Positions 1-11,306 of a stretch of DNA of 64,000 nucleotides are shown here, one piece after another. The position numbers were made by a program, and so were the translations under genes. Source of the DNA: Macrostomum lignano (Eukaryota); NCBI GenBank assembly GCA_002269645.1, contig NIVC01003208.1, positions 47,215-111,214 on the forward strand, given 5' to 3'. A model generated the notes under the pieces. That model was not told the origin of the DNA. It saw nothing but the letters and a program-made list of their open reading frames with translations, and did not search any database. Positions within the stretch are counted from its first letter, which is position 1. Each line of letters opens with the position of its first letter.

Positions 1-600
1 TGACCGAATCTGGGTGACCGAATCTGGGGATCCGGGTGACCGAATCTGGGGATCTGGGTGACCGAATCTGGGGATCCGGGTGACCGAATCTGGGGATCAG
101 GGTGACCGAATCTGGGGATCTGGGTGACCGAATCTGGGGATCCGGGTGACCGAATCTGGGGATCCGGGTGACCGAATCTGGGGATCAGGGTGACCGAATC
201 TGGGGATCTGGGTGACCGAATCTGGGGATCTGGGTGACCGAATCTGGGTGACCGAATCTGGGGATCCGGGTGACTGAATCTGGGGATCTGGGTGACCGAA
301 TCTGGGGATCTGGGTGACCGAATCTGGGGATCTGGGTGACTGAATCTGGGGATCTGGGTGACCGAATCTGGGGATCCGGGTGACCGAATCTGGGGATCTG
401 GGTGACCGAATCTGGGTGACCGAATCTGGGGATCCGGGTGACTGAATCTGGGGATCTGGGTGACCGAATCTGGGGATCCGGGTGACCGAATCTGGGGATC
501 TGGGTGACCGAATCTGGGGATCTGGGTGACCGAATCTGGGGGTCTGGGTGACCGAATCTGGGGATCCGGGTGACTGAATCTCGGGATCTAGGTGACTGAA
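1..600. repeat. 22-bp minisatellite (TGACCGAATCTGGGGATCYGGG) in an RNF19-like intron
   Basis: Direct tandem copies visible, with occasional 13-bp truncated units. Confidence 0.95.
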
Positions 601-677
601 CCTGAGACACCTGTGACCGGATCTAGGGATCCGGCATTTAAGTCAGATTAACACGGCGCTGAGATATTGAGACTCAC

Positions 678-2454
678 CTGCCACAGGATCTTTTTCTTGC
701 GGGACCAGGGCTTCTTGCCCCAGAAGGTGCAGCCGCTGGGACTGAGGTAGTGCAGGTCGGTGATCTCCTTCCTGCACAGCCAGCAGAACTCGGTCCCGCA
801 CAGTTTGCACTTCATGTGGTTGCAACTGCCGTCGTTCTCCTTGGAGATGTAGGTGGCGCAGCGGGGGCACTGCTTCACCTCGGCGGGCGGCTCCGAGCTA
901 CTTGGCGCCAGCAGCACCTCCGGGTTGTCGCGGGCAGCAGCGTACAGCTCAGCCTTCTGCCGCTCGATGCGGGCCTGCTCGCAGGTGCTGGTGGGGTGCC
1001 ACTCGCTCTTGCAGTGATAGCAGAAGCTTGTGCCGCACACCTCGCACTCCAGGCGGGGGCAGCTGGCGCAGTCGCTGGCGATGACCGCGTATCTGGGAGG
1101 CGATTCGGCATGACCGCTGATGACGACTGAAGCTTATTATGACCGACTTTACTATGACCCCACCAGTCTGAATTTAGATTAGCACTATGACTCAATCTAT
1201 TGGCTTCATGACCTCAATCTATTGGCTTCATGACCTCAATCTATTGGCTCTATGACCTCAATCTATTGGCTCTATGACCTCAATCTATTGGCTCTATGAC
1301 CTCAATCTATTGGCTCTATTACTGAATCTATTGGCTCTATTACTCAATCTATTGGCTCTATTACTTAATCTATTGGTTCTATTACTGAATCTATTGGTTC
1401 TATTACTGAATCTATTGGTTCTATTACTGAATCTATTGGCTCTATTACTCAATCTATTGGCTTTATGACCTCAATCTATTGGTTCTATTACTGAATCTAT
1501 TGGTTCTATTACTGAATCTATTGGCTCTATTACTCAATCTATTGGCTTTATGACCTCAATCTATTGGTTCTATTACTTAATCTATTGGTTCTATTACTGA
1601 ATCTATTGGTTCTATTACTCAATCTATTGGCCTATTACTCAATCTATTGGCTTTATGACCTCAATCTATTGGTTCTATTACTCAATCTATTGGCTCTATG
1701 ACCTTAATCGGTATGCAAGTATGCAAAAATCTGGCGGGACAGCACAGCATCACCGAGCCGCTCACTTGCAGTCGGGCGCGGGGCACCAGCGGCAGTCGGG
1801 GTCGGCGGCCAGCACCCTGCGCAGGGTGAACAGCTCGTATTTGACTCGCAGCTCCTCGCTGACGATGGCGTTCACGTCTTCCGGATGGAGGCGGGCGCTG
1901 CAGCTCAGACAGGCTGCTGGGAGGCCCTCCAAGATGGCCAGTCGCAGCGCCGTGGCCAGGCATGGCCGGCAGGCGAAGTGGCCGCAGTCGGTGATCATGT
2001 CCGGGAACTGTCCCACCGGCAGTCGTTCGGCGCACACCGGACACTCAGCCAGACCGTCCGCGTCCGCCGCGGCCGCAGCGGGTGTCACAGTGACGGCCAC
2101 CGTCGACGAGGCGGAAGTTCCGGCCGCGCCGCCAGCGGCGCTGGAGTCGCCGGGCTGCTGAGAGGAGCGCCCTACTGGCTGTCGCACCGAGGAGGCGGCC
2201 GAGGAGCACTTCGGCTTGCGGCCGCTGCTCCCGCTGCTGCTGCTGCCGCCGCCACTAAAGAAGTTGCCAACCGCGTAGAGCACCGAGTTGGGCCTCCGGC
2301 GCTGCTTCAAGGAGCCGCCGCTGGGGCCGCCGACAGTCTCCGCCGGGGCAGCAGGGGATTTGGTTCTGGACAGCATGGACTCTGCTGTGAAAGATGCTGG
2401 AATAAGCGGCACATGAGAGTCAAGGCACTGCCTAACAAAGCTCGGACGCACCAT
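678..2454 (-). CDS. RNF19: RBR (RING-IBR-RING) E3 ubiquitin ligase, RNF19A/B (Dorfin)-like; 5' exons only, gene continues left of the window
   Basis: Exons 2454 (or ATG 2376)..1766 and 1092..678 with GT-AG junctions (DCK|YAVI in frame). RING1 [42 protein letters not shown]2 [21 protein letters not shown], followed by [25 protein letters not shown], which I recognise as the RNF19 signature. Confidence 0.9.
1187..1700. repeat. 21/22-bp minisatellite (CTCAATCTATTGGCTCTATGAC/TA) in an RNF19-like intron
   Basis: Tandem copies visible inside intron 1093-1765. Confidence 0.95.
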
Positions 2455-3021
2455 TGCGTTGAGAATTAAGCACTAATTATTGATATTGAGCCCTGAGTAG
2501 TGGGAACTGAACTTGGAGCATTTAGCAGAATGAGCATCGAGTCTGATTCTGATTAAACTCGCCAGTCTCGCTGCTATCGGCGCACTATGTATGCATTAGT
2601 ATGCATTCAGGGCGATAAATTTTGTCAATCACAAAGAACCGAAATCTATTATAACAAATGATAGCTAATTTTATAAAGCAGGTGGCAGCTAACAAAATTG
2701 AAGCGTCTCAAACACGCAGCGTAGACAGCTGGGGTGGGCAGTCAGTTAACTCTCAAACGAGGCCAACTGGTGTGATGAAGAGCAAAGCAGCTGAGCCCGC
2801 CTCGCTTCTGTGCACTCAAACACAGCACGCAAAGTGAACAGTGCTCAGGGGCAGAGCGCCTCAGACAATGAACAGCAGCAGCCAGTGCAGGTACGGAGTG
2901 AAGTGCAGGCCCAATGCATTAAATTAAACAGCATACAAAAACTGCATAACGGGTTTAAGCCACAAGAACGTAACTTCAGTCTCAGACGCCTCTCAACCTC
3001 GTCGGGGCTCGAGTAAAGATC

Positions 3022-3035
3022 GTTACCATAGCAAC
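3022..3035. promoter_or_regulatory. RFX X-box (GTTACCATAGCAAC)
   Basis: 14-bp match to the X-box consensus GTYNCY-AT-RGNAAC, 40 bp upstream of ATG 3076. Confidence 0.6.
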
Positions 3036-3075
3036 GCACCGGGACGGCAGTTCAGGCTGTGAAGCGGGACAAAAA

Positions 3076-3613
3076 ATGCCAGATAGTCCTCGGCAGGAGG
3101 GCGACGATGATAGCAAGCAGGTGAGACTCAGTGCTGCTGCTCAATGTCCTATCAGGACACGCACTGCAGATTTGCATGCAATTTCTACTCGTGTCACAGC
3201 AGGGCCGTGGAGAAAGCGCGCGCCAACCGGGCGGAGCGCAAGGCAAAGAGCAGAGGAGGTCCAGGCCGCGGTCTCCCTACAGACAGCAGGGGCCCACGGG
3301 CAGCTGGGTGGATCCCTACACCAAGCGGCGCAGGTCGTCCCTAGCCTTCAAACGGATGTCTCAGGAGGAGATTGACGCCATCGTGCAACGGCTGCGCCAG
3401 CCGACGGTGTCCAGCACCGGGGCCAAGGAGCAGCGGGACAAGGAGGAGAAGGACAAGCAGGAGCGCAGGAAGTCGGCGGGCCAGCGGACGGACGAGGAGA
3501 GGGCAAACATCGCGCAGCGGCTGTTCAGCGCCAACACTCGAGCTTGGAAAGCCAGAGGGGAGAAAAATCTCAATACAAGAGTGCACTACAGCACAGACTT
3601 CACCATCATCTGA
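3076..3613 (+). CDS. small basic uncharacterised protein (~134 aa), probably two exons
   Basis: Exon 1 3076-3120 ends CAG|GTGAGA. The in-frame exon 2 probably starts at 3254 (weak acceptor) and ends at TGA 3613. Contains two similar motifs, SQEEIDAIVQRLRQPTVSS and TDEERANIAQRLFSANTRA. Confidence 0.55.
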
Positions 3614-3699
3614 CTGAATTGTCAATGACAGACTATAGAAGTCCCTGTATTTTCTTGTCATGCCAATCCAAAAAGACTTGATGTGCTCACAATAAACAA

Positions 3700-6600
3700 G
3701 CATGTGTAAGCTGCCCATTGTGAATGTAGTAAATAAGGAAGTTGACAAACTGATCAAATTTTCTGAGCACTGAATATAATTTCTGACCTTGATATAATCT
3801 AATTAAACAGGATGCAATGAGACAAAGAAAAAGCTAAAGATTATCTGATAATCTAATCTAAATCTAACTCCTGGAAGACAAGACATTATTTACAAAATCT
3901 ATTGTTTTGCTTCTCATATTCAATGCTAAAAGGACAATGCATGAAGTCTGATATTTTAGACAATAGACAAAATTTATTGGTTGGATAAAGGTTGGATCAA
4001 AAAGACTGTCTTCAGATTTATTATAAATAGACCTACCTACTAACAGACCATTTTAGTCTCATATGGACTATAATATAACTAAGTAGATTTAACAACATCA
4101 TAATAAAATATTAGAGCAGCTGGTCTAACAGGTAGAAAATGGTTATTTGTAGACTCATAACACAGTCTCGTGCAATATCTATAGTCATCAATAGTCTATG
4201 GTTTGAGTAGACCAACACATGATGCCATAGACTAGTGAACATTAATGAAAACTGTCTATGGGCCAAATCAATTTATTTTTCAAGAAGGCAGCAATTAAAC
4301 TTGCATACTCCCAAAAATTGGCAAAATAGATAAAATCAAGTATATCAATCATTTAATTATTTATATTGGAAGACAAGACTGGCAAAGAACTCAACAAGTG
4401 CTTATAAGCAAAGTATGATCCCAATGTGCCATCAACTGAAAGTTCTAAACTTCTTAACTACCAAGAATAGGATAAGTTATGACCTATACTTAGGCTAAAG
4501 CCTATATCTAGCTAAGACAAAATGACTCAATATGAGTTCACATCCTTAGTTGTCATAGTATGAAATTATTATGACTGTCATTAGTGACTAGTATGTATTA
4601 AGCTCTTGACTTGCTTATATTCCACTATCAATATCTAGAAGTAGCATCAAGACAAGCCACCCATAGAATGCTACTGCTATATAACAATATGCTAGTGCTC
4701 TGACCACATATAGTAATTGCTGTCATTTGCAACTAAGCAGCTTAACAATCCTGCTTATAGTCTAGACTTTGACCTTAGTAGTAGTATAATAATTAAAAAA
4801 TAATAAAAATGAGATAAATACTAAAATACTTACAAGTGGTACAAGATGCAAAACAAAGACCTAATTTTCAACATAAGCTACTGTTGTGCCTAGGTGCACT
4901 TGTACCAATGAGCAATCTCTGGCTCTTGGTCAGGTGGGCCAGGCATTGCACTCTAAACCCTCTACTGCATTCATATAACTCAACCAATTTCATTATGTCT
5001 AGCTATAGTATATTTTTTATTAAGCCCTGATTGGCTAGATTGCCTATCCTACATCCCCAATTTACACAAATTATGATTTGCTATTGATATGCATATGCAT
5101 GCAATTATGCTAGCCAATCTGTGGTTAGAAAAAGCTTTTTATGGTTCTAATCCTTAATCTTAAAGGTTTGGGGTGTGAGTTGAATGAAAAAATAAGTGAA
5201 TTTAGGCCTACTTACTATATTTAATTTAGACATGTCAGACTACTTGATAGTAGTCCTTAAATTTTTATCAATAAACAGATAAACTTAAAGTAAATTTAAG
5301 TAAAGCAAGGAATTTAGCTTTAATCAATTATCATATAGTCCATTTTAATTTTTACCATACTATGTAATTACAGACTAGCTGTCATGTTAATGAAATGCTA
5401 TGTATAAAGATATATAAGCAATTATTCTATTAGTAATAAGGTCACAGTATATAGCTTCCTAAAACATAAAGCTTTTACAAGACTCTAGCTTGAATGTTTA
5501 CCCTCAAAAATAAAGGTAAATAAAATACTAACTAATATATTTTTCATATGACAATTTTTGATTTTGTTTGCTTATATACTTGATTTATTTAATTAGTTGG
5601 TTTTGCCTATCTATATATTTTTCTAAGTTTTTTATGCAGCTTACAATTAGAATTTCTTATACAATGGTATTAGCTATACTAGAAATGTATATACTTTAGC
5701 CAAGGTCTATTTTTTACTTGCAAACCCTACCTATGTTTCCTTTTAGAAAGTTACTGAGTTCATGGGCAGATAAAAAAGCATTGGCCAGCTAATGCACCCA
5801 TGGTAAAATATTAATAATATTAATACTTAAAGCCTATTTATCTACTAAGCATATTTTAATTGTGGTTGTCAATGTACCTTATTGGATCAAGTGAGCATAA
5901 TAAGTAGTTTACTTATTTTACTATTCCATTTAACCAAAAGTGCTGACCCAACAAGAATCAGTTTGACTCAGATAAAATCTAAGTAGATATCAAGTATTAT
6001 ATTTCATTCATATTTCAAAGCAGTCTAGACTGATAAAATTGATAAGGTGTTCTTTTTAACCATTAAGGACAGTTAAAAAATAGAATTTTAAAAAGGAATC
6101 TATTTTGCTTATGCACTTACTGTTTTGCATTTCCTACACAAAAGAAGAGGCTATTTTACATATACACTTACTTTTTTGCATTTTCTAGTTCTATACTTAT
6201 GAACCCTCTACTAATGCTCAAATATTTTAAAGAATTTCTAGTATATTTATAAAAGCATTTTTGGTATTTTTTATTCACTTTTTTATTTTTTATCAGTTTG
6301 TAGCACTGTTGGATAGACAATTAAAGCTACTTAATAAAATTTATTATACAGAGAGATTATACAAAATAGATTATCAAGAGTCTGATTTGTTACGTTTATA
6401 GACTTTAAAAAATCAGCTAGTGCCATAGCTCTAGGTCTTTAGATTAGATTTAATTATTTGCTACATAAGAATTTTTAGCTTGTGCTAGGGGTGTTCCCAT
6501 ACAATACACAATACTACCGCTGTAACCAAAGTTGTCGTAGGGCTTACTTCTGTCCTCCAACTATCCCACAGTTAAGCCACCAAAGTTGTGACAGGCCTTT

Positions 6601-9600
6601 CAGCTTTCTCTAGAAATTATCCTACTAATTGCCACCAACTGTGACAGGTGTATTTCTTCTTACTAAAATTTCTATTACTGACACTAAATTCTGCCTTAAT
6701 AATTCTAACTGTTTTCTTAGAATATTTTTCTGGGTATCATTCTCGTAGTATTTGGTCTGGTAGCGTTCTTAGTATATGGTCTGGTAGCATTCTTAGTATA
6801 TGGTCTGGTAGCGTTCTTAGTATATGGCCTGAGCGGTCTTACTAGTATATGTACTTTCTCTCTCCAGTCTGGGCATTACCGAGATTAGAGGGTCACAGCG
6901 ATCACTCTTAATACTGCTTTTGCATGAACTCCCGATTTTTCTCTCTCTATTCTTTAGTACACTTTCTTTGAAACACTCTTAGAATCTCTTACTGGTACAA
7001 TGAATAATGCTTTGAAGATCTGAGAACATGTATTATTGAACTAGCTATAACGATTTAATTTGCAAGAGCAAGTTGACTTCTTCTTCCCTAAACTTTGCTC
7101 CTATTTATACTAATTGTGACGAGTATATTTAAACAAAAGGCTATTATTCCAGAACATTTAGAAAAGTAAAACAACATAAAAAATTTTACACGTACATTTG
7201 AAATAAAGCCTTTCTAGGAAACCCTACCATAAGCAAGTGCTTTTCATAAAAAAATATTTGCAACCTAAAAACACATTTGGATATAATTTTTATCACTATA
7301 TATGATCATGCTCCAAATCATTATGCTTTGATTCATAGAGACAAGATTGATAAGCAACCACTAATGCAAGCAGAAAAATACCAAATTGTCCCAACTAATG
7401 AATACTAACATAGGTAGAAATATTTGCAGAATCATCAAATATATTCTACAAAATAACAGGCCTAGTAGTATATATCCAGTGCTTCCTAGTAAGACTTTAT
7501 TTGAACATATGTTGAAAGTCATTCCTTGCTAGGCTGCTTCTACTTTGCAGTTAAGAAATACCAGGTACAACATTTAGACACTATTAGAACCTGTCTTCAA
7601 TATTTAGAAAAGCAGGTTTGCAAGCTTAAAGGCTTCATTGAAAATTTCTAGCTAAGCAAGAGAGCTTATAAATCTTATTTGAAATATTATTGTATTGTAG
7701 ATATTCAAGGCTTATGTTGAAAACCACACCTTGCCCATCTTTTGCTCTTTAGTCAAACAAGATGAAATTTAGATGCTAATAGAAGTTTCCTTAACATATG
7801 GAAACAAAAGTTTGCAAAGTTTAAAATGAACCTTTTCTTAATACAAGTTTTTACCATGCATTTCATATTATATTATATTAAATTTCATATAAAAGTATAT
7901 TCTTTTTGTAAACATTTATAGTAATGTTTTATTTTTTCTCCATTTTATCTATAAATAAAGTTTTAATAAGAAAAATTTATCATCACTATAAAATTTTTTG
8001 TCACTTTAAATACATATTGATAATTGACTTATGTTTTTTTCTATGAAATTTATTCCAAAGAACTTTATTTGAAATAAATTTTAATTTTAAAATAGGTCTA
8101 TAAATAGCAATAAAGTCTTAAAAAAACTGCCAAGTTTCTTTTAAGGGCCTAACTTGTCTTTAATATTTATCAATTTTCAATGATTTCATAGACAAGAATA
8201 TAAATATATAAGGGTCTTATTAAGTGGGCAGTTGTGATGCCTAAAGTAAAAAAGACATAGACCCTATTTGATTTCATCTTATATAGATGATTTCTGACAA
8301 AGTTCAAGGCTTAATTTTTTTAAACAACTCATTGAGATGCTGATTACTTATATGCTTATACCCAGTCAACCTAGCTAATTTGGCTAGGTAGCAAGAGGTC
8401 TAGCCAAGTTAAGTTGCAAAATGCTGACCCAAAAAAATTATATGAAAAAGAGGAAAAAAGCAAGAAAAGAAAGAAAAACAAAGGTAGAGAAAGAGAAAAA
8501 AGGGAAAAAGGCAAAAACAGAGACTATATAAGTCAAAGTATTACTCTGAATCATTCATGCCCAACACCCGTCCAACCTGTCTGAACTAGACAGGTGAAAT
8601 GGCTGCTGGCCAAGGTAAGTCACAAAATCGAAAACGCAAAAACCAAAAAATTGGGAGAAGAAAGAAAGGAGAGGAAGAGAAAGGGAAAAGAAATGAGGGA
8701 GAAGAGAGAGGGGGGAAGAGGAGAAAGAAAGAAAAAGAAAAGAAAAGAGAAAAAGGCAAGAAAAGTCATATACAAAGTGAAAATTAAGTTGCAATCGGGA
8801 GGAACTAAGTCGCAATCGAGAGGAACTAAGTCGCAATCAGGAAGAACTAAGTCGCAATCAAGAGGAACTAAGTCGCAATCGAAAGGAACTAAGTCGCAAT
8901 CGAGAGGAACTAAGTTGCAATCGAGAGGAACTAAGTTTTTTTAAGCATTTTTTTCTGTAGGTTTAATTTAAGTTTGTTTAAAATGAAAATATTCGTAATA
9001 TTTGAAAGAATTTTTGTACAAAAAACCTTTCTTAGAAAACTCTACTCCTGAAAACCGAATGACCTTTTTTTAGGAGGAATTTTTGGTGTACATTTTAGGG
9101 AATTTTTTTGTTTTTGGTGTACACTGGCGTACATTTAGCTGAGATAGGATTCTTGTTCCGGCATACACTACTACACAATCCAAACCGTGGTAACCAATAA
9201 GCCTAACTACCTGGTTGGCAGTTAGAAAGTGATAGCCATCTCTTGTCTACACTTTTAAAAAACATGCCACCACCTTTTTACTGGAGAGACTGAGTGGCCA
9301 AAAAAGTTTTAAAATGATATATTTTGCTTTGAACAAACTTAATTGTTTTATTTTTAATATTTTAATAGCTTATTGCTATTGCTATTTGCTAAACAAAAAG
9401 CAAACTAAAACTAAAGGCATAGGCCTAGGCCTGTCTACACATGGCCATTAGCTGGCATAAGGAGAAAAAGCTCAACAAAAGCATGTTTTGACTTTGACTC
9501 GCTTCATACCATAGACATAGTGGCATAGTCCATAACCAGATTAGGTCTAGTTTTTGAAACTTTATTAACTCCTATATAGCTAGTGTAATATGCAACCACT

Positions 9601-9650
9601 ATTTCTCTTTGAAGCTTGTATATGAAAGTTAGTCAGGGGTTGTCATGTAA
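3700..9650. other. AT-rich, strongly CpG-depleted block of unknown origin (decayed element or pseudogene?)
   Basis: By eye only about 2 CpG in 3700-6400 and none in ~7200-8560. No long ORF. Contains a 24-bp repeat (~6753-6845), a purine run (~8450-8780) and a 21-bp repeat (~8790-8935). Confidence 0.6.
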
Positions 9651-9970
9651 TAAATATACTTAATCCGTTAATCGTAGGCCAACAATGACGCGACGGACGT
9701 CGAGTCGGTCGAAATCGGAACCTTCGAGTTCGAGGAAATTAAAATTCAACAGTTTCTGAGTTGTGATTCAAATGCGCGCCACAACGGAATGTATTTAAAA
9801 GAGCTGCCAATCAAACTTTTAGTATAAAAATTATATTTAAAGAAAAGCTAATTTGATTTTTATTTATAGGTAAAAATAACTTTAGGCAAAACAATAAAAC
9901 TGTTCTGTTTAATCGATTTCAGAGGCTGATGCATACAAATGCTAACCAGGGACTACTACAACGTGACTTA

Positions 9971-11306
9971 CATGAACTACGTCCAGTCAGTCGCTCTTTA
10001 CGGTGCCAGCGCCTGGATGACCATCGCCTCGGAGAGCTGCTGCAGGGAAGTCGAAACCGTTCACAATTCGGCGGCCAGAGTTATCACCGGATGCTGCCGC
10101 TCTACGCCTACCAACGCTCTTCTTGCTGAAGCCGATATGCTCCCCCTCCCGACCCTCGCTAAGGCTGCGGCCGCCAAACTCTTCGAGAGGGCCGCTCGGC
10201 AACGCCAACCGACTCCTCTCTCCCGCCTCGCGAACAAGACACCGCCTCGACCGCGCCTTCGTGCCCACGGAAGACAGGGCGCCTTCCGTCAAGACTGGCG
10301 AGGTAAGGCTATCAACGCCTCCACGGACGCTGGCCTTATCGACGCCCCACGCGCCATGGATACCCTCGCCCCGCCACCCTGGTCTGATACGTCCAAAGTG
10401 TCCATCTCTTGGAACACGCGAAGACCAACTCGAGCAGGGAGGACCCGCCTCACATCCGTTAGACCAACTCCCGGCTGCGGACGTCGAGATCTGGACGGAT
10501 GGCTCGACCAAGGACGGCACCCACGGCGGCGGCGCCGGAGCCGTCATTGTCCAGAACCGGACCGTGGTGGACAGGATCACCGGCCCGGCCGGAATCATCA
10601 CCTCCTCCTTCCAGGCCGAAGAGGGAAGCCCTCCACCTCGGCCTTGCAGCGGTCCTTCGGATCTACTCTAACCACATACCCGACCGCATCAGGTGTCTCA
10701 CCGACTCCCAGGCGCTTCTCCGCTCCCTCCAGCAAGGCCCTGCGAAAGCGCGCTCTCCGGGCTGCTGTACGATCTGGGAACTCCTCGTCTCCATCTCGGC
10801 CTCCACGCACGTAGATCTTCAATGGGTGCCAGGACACGCTGGGCTCCGCCTCAACGACCTGGCTAAAATCAGCCTGGCCGCGGCTAAAGCGGCGATCGAT
10901 CGATCAGCGAAGTCCCAATTCACCGCGGTCTACCGAGCGGACCCGCACTGCATCACTCACCGCCTAACCACCGGGGACGACGCCAAAATCAAGAGATCTC
11001 TCCCCAGACATGACGAGATCTCCCTCGCCCAACTCCGAACTGGTCACTCCCCCTTGCTCCAGCAGTACCGTCACCGCATTGGCCAAGCCGACAGCCCTAC
11101 GTGCCCGCACTGCGGCGAAGCCGATGAGGACCTGGAGCACCTGATCAAGGTTTGCCGCTCTCACCAACAGGCCAGAGACCGGCACCTTGGCGAAAACCCG
11201 AGCCTCCAGACGCTCAGCAACATCAGCAGGCAGGTGATAGACTTCTTGAAGAAGGTCGGGGCTCAGACCCGCCCCCCGGACTGACCGGCCGGAAATAACA
11301 ACAACA
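9971..11306 (+). mobile_element. 5'-truncated non-LTR retrotransposon (I-group-like: RT C-terminus, RNase H, CCHC finger, (CAA)n tail)
   Basis: RNase H motifs EIWTDGS, SFQAE, TDSQAL and WVPGHAG; C-terminal CPHC..EDLEHLIKVC; tail AATAACAACAACAAC; 13-bp TSD ACAACGTGACTTA at 9958-9970 and 11307-11319. Reading frame is split across ORFs 9939, 10123 and 10499. Confidence 0.9.

Noticed and set aside
8594-8944. Lys-rich 116-aa ORF
   Set aside because: It is made of a purine run plus a 21-bp repeat within the decayed block.
3700-9650. Classical fungal RIP as the cause of the CpG loss
   Set aside because: CpA and TpG remain abundant, which does not fit CpA-to-TpA RIP. Kept only as CpG-specific depletion.
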